Below, piece by piece: positions 18,411 through 27,010 of a stretch of 34,657 nucleotides of DNA (within the stretch, counting starts at the first letter, position 1; the number at the start of each line of letters is the position of its first letter). Under the pieces are notes generated by a model that worked only from the letters and a program-made list of their open reading frames with translations, was not told the origin of the DNA and ran no database searches. This stretch comes from Patescibacteria group bacterium (lineage in GTDB: Bacteria > Patescibacteriota > Gracilibacteria > UM-FILTER-43-11), in contig JAJDCF010000014.1 in the NCBI GenBank assembly GCA_029260955.1, positions 1 through 34,657 of the forward strand, given 5' to 3'. The translations under genes and the position numbers were made by a program.

Positions 18411-19478
18411 CTACATGAAGACTGAACAGCGTGAGGGGCGAAGTTCGTCCTTGTTGTACTTGCTGCACTCCTTTTTGGCTCGGTTCTTCACTCGCGACCT
18501 GGCTTGGTCGTAGACGCCGAGCATGTGGTTGTAGACGCCGATGAGCAGACCGACGCCCTGCTTCTGTTCCTCGGTCAGTTTTTCGGGCTCGAGGGATAGG
18601 CCCACCACGGCGCTGAGCCCGCTCTCGATCTCGGCCTTTATTTCGGGGTCGATCTGGCCACGTAGAATGGCAAGGAGATCCTTCTTGTGTTCCGCCTCGC
18701 TCTTGCCTTGGCACTTCGGGTCGTCAGCGTCTTTGCCGAGGCAACCGATTGCTCGCAGGCCGTCATCGATCGCTTTCCAGAGCCGGCCGTAGTTCTCCAG
18801 CGCCAGGAACTCGCCCGAAGTGACGAGCGCTTGCTGAGTTATCGCTTTGGCGAGTTCCTCACCCTCACGCACCTGGTCGGCGAGTGCCTCCGGGGGCTTG
18901 ATGGAGGTGAGGAGTTCGGAATCGTCGTTCAGAGTAGAGGCGGGTATGAAGTCCTCCAGTACGGAGCCACCGAAGGAATCGCACTCGTTGGGTAGGGTGA
19001 TGAAGGGGGTCATGGGCTTCCGTGTGAAGCACATCTCCACCTTGGCCGCCCACTCTAGGTTGTGTTTGGCGGGTGGTGGCAGCTTGCAGATGTCTTCCTT
19101 GGGGAACTTCTGGCAGATTTTTTTCGCTTTTGCGATCTTTTCTGCCTTCTTGGCAGCCTGCATTTCGAGCTCGGCTTGCTGCTTGTAGTGCTTGTAATAC
19201 TCGACGGGTGCGCTGCCGATGGGGATTCCCAGGACGAGTGCCCACGAGAGCACAAACTGCATGTGCAGCGGGGCTTTCTTGCGCAGCTCGCGAACGGTGT
19301 AGTAGGTCAGGACCCCGAGCAGCGCTAGTGCAACGGCGATGTTGACCGAACTGGTCCTCTCGAGGGAGACATTAAAAGACATGACTCCAGTGTGCACAAG
19401 GAAGAGCATGGTAGCCGCTACCAAGCCCGTGGCGTTGAGCAAGGTATTGCCCATGAGTTTCTTCAGTTTTGTCTGCAT
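18411..19478 (-). CDS. GC-rich orphan membrane protein (3 N-terminal TM, Cys-containing soluble domain)
   Basis: 355-aa ORF. Two sampled 60-nt lines are 52% and 65% GC versus 42% in a sampled neighbouring line. Has its own promoter, leader and terminator. Confidence 0.75.
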   Translation of the reverse strand: MQTKLKKLMGNTLLNATGLVAATMLFLVHTGVMSFNVSLERTSSVNIAVALALLGVLTYYTVRELRKKAPLHMQFVLSWALVLGIPIGSAPVEYYKHYKQQAELEMQAAKKAEKIAKAKKICQKFPKEDICKLPPPAKHNLEWAAKVEMCFTRKPMTPFITLPNECDSFGGSVLEDFIPASTLNDDSELLTSIKPPEALADQVREGEELAKAITQQALVTSGEFLALENYGRLWKAIDDGLRAIGCLGKDADDPKCQGKSEAEHKKDLLAILRGQIDPEIKAEIESGLSAVVGLSLEPEKLTEEQKQGVGLLIGVYNHMLGVYDQARSRVKNRAKKECSKYNKDELRPSRCSVFM

Positions 19479-19640
19479 ATACTATTCGTTTTCTCGACTG
19501 TGTAGTCGAACAGAGGCCTTATCGGACGTAAGACTGATCCCGTAGTGGATCACCTTTCGCCTGAAGTTGGCCTCTGTTCAAATAATGATTTGAATGAGCA
19601 TTTGGCCTGTGATTCTACAATATATTAGGCTGTAAGTCAA
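19479..19640 (-). promoter_or_regulatory. Promoter, boxA-like motif and long-hairpin 5' leader of the 355-aa gene
   Basis: TTGACT (19635-19640), 17 nt, TAGAAT (19612-19617); TGCTCATTCA at 19591-19600; perfect 11-bp inverted repeat GAACAGAGGCC at 19508-19518 / 19569-19579. Confidence 0.55.
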
Positions 19641-19681
19641 ATCTAAAAGGCCTTGCTGCGCTGTAAGGCATTCCATTTTTT

Positions 19682-20071
19682 CTAAATGTGATAGTCAGAC
19701 CAGCTTCGAGGCTCGCTGAGTAAAGCGTTTTGCAAAGCCAAAAGTCCCAGTAAGGCACATTTACTTCTTCGTATGCTGATTTCGATTCCTAACATTGCGT
19801 AAATTTCTTCTTTTGTGAGCTTAAGAATTTCTTCCTTGGTCATTCCCTCAATTAGGTCGCCAAGCATGTCAGCAGAAGCCATGCTTACGGCACATCCGTT
19901 ACCGGAAAATGCGTAGCCTGTTACTTTGTCACCTTCTATTTTTAGACTGAGCTCTACTTTATCGCCGCAAGAGCGATTAGCCTCTTTATGATTAATAACT
20001 GCATCCAGCTTTTTATCCTTGTAGAAGGGATTTTTATAGCGATCCAGAATGTTTTGAGCGTAAAGATCCAT
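19682..20071 (-). CDS. sufU: SufU/NifU-like Fe-S assembly sulfur-transfer protein
   Basis: NRSCGD, GCAVSMASA, RSKCAL (three conserved Cys); directly after sufS. Confidence 0.92.
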   Translation of the reverse strand: MDLYAQNILDRYKNPFYKDKKLDAVINHKEANRSCGDKVELSLKIEGDKVTGYAFSGNGCAVSMASADMLGDLIEGMTKEEILKLTKEEIYAMLGIEISIRRSKCALLGLLALQNALLSEPRSWSDYHI

Positions 20072-21267
20072 TAATTGAAATACTGATAAATTTCTTCCAA
20101 TGCTTTTACAGTTTTATCAACATCGCTCTTAGTATTGTAGAATGCGAGGCTTATTCGAGCAGTTGCAGAAAGGTCGCAATAGTCCATCAGGATCTGACCA
20201 CAATGTTGTCCGGAGCGGATGCAGATATTGCTTTGAGAAAGGCCTTCGGCAATGTCATGTGGATGCACACCCTTTATGGTAAATGATATGACTGAGCCAC
20301 GATTCTTGCTGGTTTTGGGGCCAACTAGGCTCAGATAGGGGAGTGACTTCAGCTTTTCAAGTGCATACTCGGTCAATTCGTGTTCTTCTTTCTGAATCTG
20401 ATCAAAACCGATTTTGCTAATGTAATCGATGGCCGCCTTCATAACAACTACTCCGGCAATGTTTGGCGTGCCGGCCTCGAATTTATGAGGGATTTCGGCT
20501 GGACTGAAGTGATCTTCAAAAACCTCCTGAATCATTTCGCCACCACCCATGAATGGAGGCATTTGTTTGAGCAGCTCTTCTTTGCCATAAAGTACACCAA
20601 CGCCCGTTGGTCCGTATATTTTGTGCGCCGATAAAACCAGGAAATCTACATCCAGCTCTTGTACGTCGATGGGGGAGTGCACTGCCAGTTGGCAGGCGTC
20701 GATCAGTACTTTGGCGCCCTTTTCGTGGGCGGCCTCAATTATTGGTTTAAGATTGGGGATTGATCCCAAAATATTCGACATGCCAGTTAGTGAGACGAAT
20801 TTGGTTTTGCTGGTGATTTGTGACCCGTCGAAAACAAATTGACCGTCGTCATCGATGTCTAAATATTTAACTACAATACCTTTTCGTTCCTTGAGCTGAA
20901 GCCAGGGAACAATATTACTGTGGTGTTCCATTTTACTAAGTAAAACTTCATCGCCTTCATTCAAAAATTCATCACCATAGCTTCGTGCAACCAGATTAAT
21001 GCCCTCGGTGGCGTTGCGCGTGAATACAATTTCATTTGTCTTGCCCGCCCCAATGAAGTCTGCCACTGCTTGCCGAGTACCTTCGTATGCAATCGTTGCC
21101 TCCTCGGCTAAAAAATGAGCACCGCGATGTACGTTGCTATTCAGCCTTTCGTAATAGTTTTTTTCCGAATCTAAAACAGCCTGTGGCTTTTGGCTGGTTG
21201 CCGCATTGTCTAAGTAAACTAGCTCTGGCCGCTGCTTGAAAATAGGAAAGTCCTTTTTGTAGTCCAT
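20071..21267 (-). CDS. sufS: Cysteine desulfurase, group II
   Basis: YLDNAATSQKP, MEHHSNIVPW, SAHKIYGPTG (PLP Lys), FEAGTP, RSGQHC. Confidence 0.96.
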   Translation of the reverse strand: MDYKKDFPIFKQRPELVYLDNAATSQKPQAVLDSEKNYYERLNSNVHRGAHFLAEEATIAYEGTRQAVADFIGAGKTNEIVFTRNATEGINLVARSYGDEFLNEGDEVLLSKMEHHSNIVPWLQLKERKGIVVKYLDIDDDGQFVFDGSQITSKTKFVSLTGMSNILGSIPNLKPIIEAAHEKGAKVLIDACQLAVHSPIDVQELDVDFLVLSAHKIYGPTGVGVLYGKEELLKQMPPFMGGGEMIQEVFEDHFSPAEIPHKFEAGTPNIAGVVVMKAAIDYISKIGFDQIQKEEHELTEYALEKLKSLPYLSLVGPKTSKNRGSVISFTIKGVHPHDIAEGLSQSNICIRSGQHCGQILMDYCDLSATARISLAFYNTKSDVDKTVKALEEIYQYFN

Positions 21268-21276
21268 GGAAGGCGA

Positions 21277-22182
21277 TTATATCAGTTTCCTGATGGTTTC
21301 ATAAGCGGTTTTGTGCTCTTTGATCTTCTTCAGCTCTTTTCCCAAAAACCCAGTAATCAGAAGCTTTTTGGCCATCTCCTTTTTTATTCCTCTGGCGCCA
21401 AAGTAGTACAGGTCCTCATCGTTTAGATTGCGTACAGCGGCGCTGTGGCCGGCTTTTACGTCATTGGTATCAATCTTAAGTCCAGGCACGGCTCGAACGG
21501 TGGTATTAGGGCTGAGGTTCAGAGTTTCTTGTTTCAAGTATCCAGCGGATCCTCCTCCAGTTTGTTTGATGTTCACCATTCCATCAAAACTTAGCATGGC
21601 TTTGTCTTGGGCAATGCCCTTCATGCCGACTTCGCCTGCCCCCTGTTTTTCGGCATACTCATGTTCGCAATTAAAGCTTAAATCTTGGTCGGTGGCTGAT
21701 TTGGCTATGATGTCGGTGTTGATCTCGGCGTTTCTGCCGGATGCTGTTTGAGTTAGCTGGCTATCTAGCTTCTTGCTGCCAAAATGATAGGTGTAAATGT
21801 GACATTTGGCGTCGCTTGCAACATCTGACGTTCGTTTTTCGGTCATTTCAGTTTTTTGTGAACTACAATTGAGCACAATGTATTTAAGATTTGAATTGGC
21901 TTGGCATTTTATGTGCTGCTCAAAGTGGATGGTGGGGGATTTAACTTCATTACTCCAGTCCTCTATGATGGTGGCAGAGCTGCCCTCACCTAATTCAATC
22001 ACCAACTTCAAATCCAGGTCATTCGCGGTGGGTTTTAGCTTGATGTAAATGGCTTCTTCAAGCTGTTTTTGGGCAGGAATCGTTAGCTTGTAACACTCTC
22101 GTTTTTCTTCATAACACTTGGCCAGGACAAAGTCCTTTTTACTAGGGTGTTCGATGCTGAAAGGTAGTTTGAATTGATTCAT
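21277..22182 (-). CDS. sufD: Fe-S cluster assembly protein SufD (short form)
   Basis: PGLKIDTNDVKAGHSAAV and LYYFGARGI motifs; lies between sufB and sufS. Confidence 0.88.
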   Translation of the reverse strand: MNQFKLPFSIEHPSKKDFVLAKCYEEKRECYKLTIPAQKQLEEAIYIKLKPTANDLDLKLVIELGEGSSATIIEDWSNEVKSPTIHFEQHIKCQANSNLKYIVLNCSSQKTEMTEKRTSDVASDAKCHIYTYHFGSKKLDSQLTQTASGRNAEINTDIIAKSATDQDLSFNCEHEYAEKQGAGEVGMKGIAQDKAMLSFDGMVNIKQTGGGSAGYLKQETLNLSPNTTVRAVPGLKIDTNDVKAGHSAAVRNLNDEDLYYFGARGIKKEMAKKLLITGFLGKELKKIKEHKTAYETIRKLI

Positions 22183-22231
22183 TATTGCTATTCACTTTTG
22201 CTTCGCCCTATCTAGGTTCGGCTATCTAGGG

Positions 22232-23671
22232 TTATAAGTTTTCCATTTCGAGTTCGATCAGTCGGTTCATTTCGACGGCGTATTCCAGGGGTAGTTCGCG
22301 GACGATTGGGTTGATAAATCCATTTACGATCATGGCCTCGGCCTGAGCGACAGGTATACCGCGGGAGGTCAGATAAAAGATATCTTCTTCGTTTAATCGG
22401 CCCACTCTGGCTTCGTGGTTTACCGTTGCTGAATTGTTATCGACTTTTATATTGGGGTATGTGTCCGAAACAGAAATCGGATCCAGGATCAGCGCGTCAC
22501 ACTCCACCTGACTGATGGCGTTTTTTGCGGTTTTTACAATGCGTAGGTCGCCACGGTAAATTGATTTACCACCCCCCTTACTGATGGACTTCATGACAAT
22601 TCTCGAGCTGGTGTTTTCGCCTAGATGAAAAATTTTGGCGCCGGTGTCCTGAGTTTGCCCTGCATTGGCAAAAGCAATACCTAAGTGGTCGGCGCGCGAA
22701 TTTCGACCCTTTAAAATGCTACATGGGTAAAGCATGGTAACTCCAGAGCCCATATTTCCGCCAACCCATTCCATAATGCCGCCTTCTTCGATGATGGCGC
22801 GTTTGGTATTTAGGTTGTAGGTGTCTTTCGACCAATTCTCCACGCTCGAATATCGGAACTTGGCACCTTTGCCTACAAAAACTTCTACACAACCGGCATG
22901 CAGGGCATTGCTGCCGTACTTTGGTGCGCTGCAGCCTTCAATGTAGTGCGCCTCCGCTCCGTCATCGATGATTATGAGTGTGTGTTCGAACTGCCCCATG
23001 TTCATGGCGTTCATTCTAAAGTAGGCCTGAAGCGGCTTTTCGACTTTTACACCTTTGGGGACGTACAAAAAAGTTCCACCAGACCACACTGCGCCATGCA
23101 AGGCGGCAAATTTGTGGTCGTTGGCCGGGACACACTTCATAAAGTACTTCTGCACAAGTTCTGGGTGTTTTTCGACGGCCACGTCCATATCTAAAAACAA
23201 CACACCTTGCTCTTCCAGTTCTTTTTCGATGGAATGATAAATTACTTCGGATTCATATTGAGCACCCACACCCGCCAAAACCTGTTTCTCGGCTTCGGGA
23301 ATTCCCAGTCGGTCAAAAGTGTTTTTGATGTAAGCTGGGACTTTATCCCAAGAGTCGTAACCACCCTTTTTGTCTGCAGCCTTGGCAAAAAAACAAATTT
23401 CATCAAAATCAAGTTTCTCCAAACTTGGACCCCAATCGGGTAGGGGAATTCTAGTAAAATATTCGTAAGCCTTCATTCGCTGATGAAGCATCCACTCCGG
23501 TTCATCTTTGTCTTTCGAAATATGTGCCACTAGTTGCGGAGAAATACCTTTCTTGAACTTTTCCATGTACTCCGATGGATCTGAATGGTCGAAGGTATCA
23601 CGATTAAGCCCAGCAAATATGCCCTCACTTTTTTCCTCTTTTACCTCTGATTTTACGTGGGGGTCTGCCAT
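22232..23671 (-). CDS. sufB: Fe-S cluster assembly protein SufB
   Basis: AQYESE, AVWSGGTF, GQFEHTLII, HYIEGCSAP, HEARVG, LPLEYAVE. Confidence 0.97.
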   Translation of the reverse strand: MADPHVKSEVKEEKSEGIFAGLNRDTFDHSDPSEYMEKFKKGISPQLVAHISKDKDEPEWMLHQRMKAYEYFTRIPLPDWGPSLEKLDFDEICFFAKAADKKGGYDSWDKVPAYIKNTFDRLGIPEAEKQVLAGVGAQYESEVIYHSIEKELEEQGVLFLDMDVAVEKHPELVQKYFMKCVPANDHKFAALHGAVWSGGTFLYVPKGVKVEKPLQAYFRMNAMNMGQFEHTLIIIDDGAEAHYIEGCSAPKYGSNALHAGCVEVFVGKGAKFRYSSVENWSKDTYNLNTKRAIIEEGGIMEWVGGNMGSGVTMLYPCSILKGRNSRADHLGIAFANAGQTQDTGAKIFHLGENTSSRIVMKSISKGGGKSIYRGDLRIVKTAKNAISQVECDALILDPISVSDTYPNIKVDNNSATVNHEARVGRLNEEDIFYLTSRGIPVAQAEAMIVNGFINPIVRELPLEYAVEMNRLIELEMENL

Positions 23672-23686
23672 ATCTCTCTTTGGTCA

Positions 23687-23738
23687 TATTAGTGGGCTAA
23701 TAGCCGGCTAATATTCCACTAATAGTGGGCTAATATTG
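23687..23738. repeat. Short direct/inverted repeat patch between sufC and sufB
   Basis: TAGTGGGCTAATA twice (23690-23702, 23724-23736), GGCTAATA three times, and inverted TATTAGTGG/CCACTAATA. Confidence 0.65.
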
Positions 23739-23748
23739 CTCAAAATGA

Positions 23749-24504
23749 CTATAGGTGCTCGTATCCTTCTTCTTCGAGTTCGTGAGCCAGTTTTGGCCCT
23801 CCGGATTTGACGATGCGGCCGTTTTTCATCACGTGTACATAGTCTGGCTTCAGGTGTTTTAGAATGCGTTGGTAGTGCGTGATGAGGAGGGTTCCTGTTT
23901 TTTCACGTTTACGCATTACCTTGTCGATGTTAGCTGTGATCGTTTTTAGGGCGTCAACATCCAACCCGGAATCGGTTTCATCCATAACTGCCAATGTCGG
24001 TTGTAAAATGGCCATTTGCAGCGCTTCCGCCTTCTTCTTTTCACCTCCGGAAAATCCGTGGTTCAAAAATCTTTCAGCGAAGTCTTCGGGCATTTTTAGC
24101 TCAGCCATGACTTCCTTGAGCATCTTTTTAAATCGGAAAACCAAAATTGGTGGCTTGCTTGGATCAGCGTGTGCTTGCTTAGCTCGATATGCGGCTAACA
24201 AGAATTCTTCGAGCGTCACTCCTGCAATCTCTTTTGGGTACTGAAAAGCTAGGAATATTCCGATTAGGGCTCTTTCATGGGCTTCCATTTTAAGAATACT
24301 CTTGCCTTTGTAGTAGATATCGCCGCCTGTGACTTCATATTTTGGATGACCCATGATCACGTTCGAAAGCGTGCTCTTTCCAGAGCCATTTGGCCCCATG
24401 AGCGTGTGCACTTCACCTTCGTTGATGGTCAGATTGACCCCCTTAAGAATCGCCTTGCCGTCGATGGCTACTTCCAGGTTTTTAATGTCGAGGAGTGCTG
24501 TCAT
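23749..24504 (-). CDS. sufC: Fe-S cluster assembly ATPase SufC
   Basis: MGPNGSGKST, FLAFQYP, GFSGGEKKK, DETDSGLDVDAL, ITHYQR. Confidence 0.97.
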   Translation of the reverse strand: MTALLDIKNLEVAIDGKAILKGVNLTINEGEVHTLMGPNGSGKSTLSNVIMGHPKYEVTGGDIYYKGKSILKMEAHERALIGIFLAFQYPKEIAGVTLEEFLLAAYRAKQAHADPSKPPILVFRFKKMLKEVMAELKMPEDFAERFLNHGFSGGEKKKAEALQMAILQPTLAVMDETDSGLDVDALKTITANIDKVMRKREKTGTLLITHYQRILKHLKPDYVHVMKNGRIVKSGGPKLAHELEEEGYEHL

Positions 24505-24573
24505 ATTATTCAGGAGTTAGATGCTCAAGATTATATCAAAAAGCCGCTGAGCGCAAAGGAAAATGAGCCTTGA

Positions 24574-24649
24574 TGGAGCCACCTGGCGGGATTGAACCGC
24601 CGACCTACGCGTTACGAGTGCGTCGCTCTACCAACTGAGCTAAGGTGGC
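24574..24649 (-). tRNA. tRNA-Thr(CGT)
   Basis: GCCACCTTAGCTCAGTTGGTAGAGC...CT-CGT-AA...GGTTCAATCC...AGGTGGCTCCA; 76 nt, encoded CCA. Confidence 0.95.
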
Positions 24650-24725
24650 TGGTCGGGGAGACAGGACTCGAACCTGCGACCACACGACCCCCAGCCGTGC
24701 ATTCTACCAACTGAACTACTCCCCG
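24650..24725 (-). tRNA. tRNA-Pro(GGG)
   Basis: CGGGGAGTAGTTCAG...CACGG-CTGGGGG-TCGTG...GGTTCGAGTCC...CTCCCCGACCA; 76 nt. Confidence 0.95.
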
Positions 24726-24851
24726 TTTAGTGTTATTGCTTCATAATAGCTACGATGTAGGATATCATTTCAATGAAGTGCATGCTACTTTTTCTAGCTT
24801 TGCCTTATCTATCATCTGAAATTTAGGGGAATATGAAATTAAGCTGTGCTT

Positions 24852-25382
24852 ATGACTAGAGACTACAAGTCAATGCTGGGTGCCAAAGTTCTGGAATTTG
24901 ATTCCGGTGATCTGTTGGCTATGGTTAGCGGAATCATTGTTGATCCTGACAGTGGTATGGTCGAGGCATTTTGGGTAAAACCTACCACGCTTCCAGTTAA
25001 GAACGCAGTCTTAAGGGTTTCTGAAATCGTTGAATTGAAGAAGAATCTTTATATCAAATCAGAAAAAGTCCTAGCTCAGGCGGAAGATGTTATTAAAATT
25101 AACGAAATACTTGAGGATGGTCGTACTTTTATAGGCAACGCTGTTCAGAATGAAGCAGGTGATTCTTTTGGCACTTGCGTCAATCTAACTTTTGATACTG
25201 GTACATACGCCCTTAAGCAGGTTTACAGCAAGCGATCAATTTTGGGCCTTATCACTTTGGATGAACGTATTTTTTCTTACAACAACATAGTCAAAGTTCT
25301 TCCAGAAATGATTCTGGTGGATGATGATGGGAAGAAAAAGGAATCCGTGATGGCTACAACGCCGGAAGCAGCTGCAGGATAA
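24852..25382 (+). CDS. Tandem PRC-barrel domain protein (YrrD-like)
   Basis: Two LGxxV...G....V..I.VD-like units (MLGAKVLEFDSGDLLAMVSGIIVDP; FIGNAVQNEAGDSFGTCVNLTFD). Start may instead be GTG 24846. Confidence 0.75.
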   Translation: MTRDYKSMLGAKVLEFDSGDLLAMVSGIIVDPDSGMVEAFWVKPTTLPVKNAVLRVSEIVELKKNLYIKSEKVLAQAEDVIKINEILEDGRTFIGNAVQNEAGDSFGTCVNLTFDTGTYALKQVYSKRSILGLITLDERIFSYNNIVKVLPEMILVDDDGKKKESVMATTPEAAAG

Positions 25383-25396
25383 TAAACTAAGTTACT

Positions 25397-25435
25397 AAAA
25401 AAGCCCGCGTCTTAAAGACTTGGGCGGGCTTTTTT
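25397..25435. terminator. Bidirectional intrinsic terminator
   Basis: AAAAAAGCCCGC...GCGGGCTTTTTT between convergent genes. Confidence 0.85.
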
Positions 25436-25455
25436 GCTTGTGTAACAAATTCGCT

Positions 25456-25842
25456 TTATCCGAGAGCGGACGCAACGAAGGTGACGATAGTCCAAGAGAG
25501 AAGGATGATCACGATACCGATAACGGCATAAGTGATGATCTTTCGAGCTTTTCCGACTTGTTCGTCGTTTCCTCCAGCAGTGACCATAAGGACACCAGCG
25601 TAGATTAGGAATGCAACGGAAATCAATCCGAGAATTCCCAGGAAGTAGTTGATTATAAGTGTGATGTTCTGCCCTAGGGTTCCTTGAGCTGCGGCAGAAG
25701 GGGCAGCGCCTCCTTGTGGATTATCAAAAAATGATGCGCTTTGAGCGAATGCATTTGTAGCAAATGCTCCGAAAGCGGCCATCATTGAAGAGGTTTTTAA
25801 GGCGAGTTTTTTCATTTTTGTCTTATTAGTTTGTAATTTCAT
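25456..25842 (-). CDS. CPR-type VirB2/TrbC-like pilin
   Basis: Signal peptide ending AFA, then two TM helices around YAGVLMVTAGGNDEQVGKARKIITYAVIG. Alternative start at 25815. Confidence 0.85.
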   Translation of the reverse strand: MKLQTNKTKMKKLALKTSSMMAAFGAFATNAFAQSASFFDNPQGGAAPSAAAQGTLGQNITLIINYFLGILGLISVAFLIYAGVLMVTAGGNDEQVGKARKIITYAVIGIVIILLSWTIVTFVASALG

Positions 25843-25931
25843 ATTTAATTATACCAAATGGCCCTAATAGCCGTCAATAATTAGCAGCCACATAATTTTA
25901 GTTTCTGATTGACAGAATAGATTAGTATTTC

Positions 25932-26441
25932 TTATTCCATTAGCCACCTAAGGGTTGCGACAAGACTTTTTTCTAGGTCATCTGAGAACCATCCATCAAT
26001 ATACTTGATCACATCTTCCTGCTTTGTGGACTTATGGTCTCTAATGATTTCGGTTGCACTCCTTTCTTTGCTGCCTGTTGCAAGATCAACCAGTTGATTC
26101 CCACTTATGAGTTCCAAGGTGATGGGCTTTTCGCAGTCTGCTTCTATTTGGGCTAGCTCTTGGGGGTCCCAACTTAAAAGATCGCAGAATTTTCCAAGAT
26201 TTCCACTATTCATTGCTTTGAGTGTGAATAGTATCTTTGTGCGCACATCTTCAATGGTGTCAGTTTCTTTTATACCAATATCTTCCATGACTGTTGCCAA
26301 ATCTCTGGTGCCTTTATTGTCTATGGTTAGGTAATCTCCCTTTTTTTCTATCGTACCAGATGCATCAGAAGCAGTTAATAATGTGCGGCCAACTGGCTCG
26401 CCTTCTAGTTCATGGTGTTCAACATATGCTTTTAGCCCCAT
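25932..26441 (-). CDS. Hypothetical acidic protein (169 aa)
   Basis: Clean ORF with its own promoter TTGACT-16-TATAAT (26469-26496), downstream of the tRNA cluster. Confidence 0.7.
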   Translation of the reverse strand: MGLKAYVEHHELEGEPVGRTLLTASDASGTIEKKGDYLTIDNKGTRDLATVMEDIGIKETDTIEDVRTKILFTLKAMNSGNLGKFCDLLSWDPQELAQIEADCEKPITLELISGNQLVDLATGSKERSATEIIRDHKSTKQEDVIKYIDGWFSDDLEKSLVATLRWLME

Positions 26442-26520
26442 AATGATGTGAGGTTGGAAATGGTGTTTATTATAGTATATACCAAAGATAAGTCAAGTTA
26501 TTCAACTTCACATAAATGGA

Positions 26521-26597
26521 TGGTCGGGGAGACAGGACTCGAACCTGCGACATCACGCTCCCAAAGCGTGCACTCTAGCCAACTGAGCTACTCCCCG
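26521..26597 (-). tRNA. tRNA-Pro(TGG)
   Basis: CGGGGAGTAGCTCAG...CACGC-TTTGGGA-GCGTG...CTCCCCGACCA; 77 nt. Confidence 0.95.
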
Positions 26598-26618
26598 ACA
26601 TGTCGATTTTGGAATGGA

Positions 26619-26703
26619 TGGTGGGCAGGGAGGGATTCGAACCCCCGAAGGCGGAGCCATCTGGTTTACAGCCAGACCCGGTTGACCACTTCGGTACCTA
26701 CCC
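26619..26703 (-). tRNA. tRNA-Tyr(GTA)
   Basis: GGGTAGG...TCTGG-CTGTAAA-CCAGA, long variable arm, GGTTCGAATCC...CCTGCCCACCA; 85 nt. Confidence 0.95.
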
Positions 26704-26730
26704 ACGTTTATCCCATTGTAACAGAGTTAC

Positions 26731-26806
26731 TGGAGCCACCTTCCGGGTTCGAACCGGAGACAATCCGCTTACAAGGCGGGCGCTCTACCAACTGAGCTAA
26801 GGTGGC
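26731..26806 (-). tRNA. tRNA-Thr(TGT)
   Basis: GCCACCTTAGCTCAGTTGG...CCGC-CTTGTAA-GCGG...AGGTGGCTCCA; 76 nt. Confidence 0.95.
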
Positions 26807-26879
26807 TTACGATTTACATAGTGCTATTTTTACGCTGCACCGAGCGTACCTATTTTAGCTTTGTCGTCTCTCGACAACG

Positions 26880-26897
26880 CAACTGAGCTAGGGTGGC
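26880..26897 (-). repeat. Upstream duplicate of the first 18 nt of tRNA-Thr(TGT)
   Basis: GCCACCCTAGCTCAGTTG versus GCCACCTTAGCTCAGTTG (26789-26806); 17/18 identical. Confidence 0.85.
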
Positions 26898-27010
26898 CGA
26901 CATTATGCGTCAATTAAATTAATTCAATTTTATGCCAGCGTCAATGAATAGATTAGATTATCTGGCAAAATTATAGTAAATGTGTTATAAACCCTAATGC
27001 TATTGAATCT

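Noticed and set aside
19498-19513. CTGT-N8-ACAG match to the E. coli LexA box
   Set aside because: About 95 nt downstream of the promoter, GC-containing spacer, counterpart in cassette B is N6, and the proteobacterial box is not expected here; better explained as part of the leader RNA.
18388-19545. Dense overlapping ORFs in alternative frames of the 355-aa gene
   Set aside because: Expected from stop-codon scarcity in GC-rich DNA; only the 355-aa frame has a promoter, TM pattern and terminator.
19508-19579. Integron attC, hammerhead or known riboswitch identity for the leader hairpin
   Set aside because: No paired RYYYAAC/GTTRRRY ends, no CUGAUGA core, no riboswitch consensus recognised, and no integrase in the window.
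23687-23738. CRISPR array
   Set aside because: Repeats are 13 nt or shorter with no regular unique spacers, and no cas genes are present.
26521-26551. Identical 3' ends of the two tRNA-Pro genes (24650-24679 and 26521-26550) as att sites of an island
   Set aside because: Both are complete tRNAs with different anticodons; no integrase lies between them.
26448-26800. 115-aa and 66-aa + strand ORFs; also 32226-32477 and the track extension 34006-34074
   Set aside because: Translations of tRNA genes or their antisense strand.
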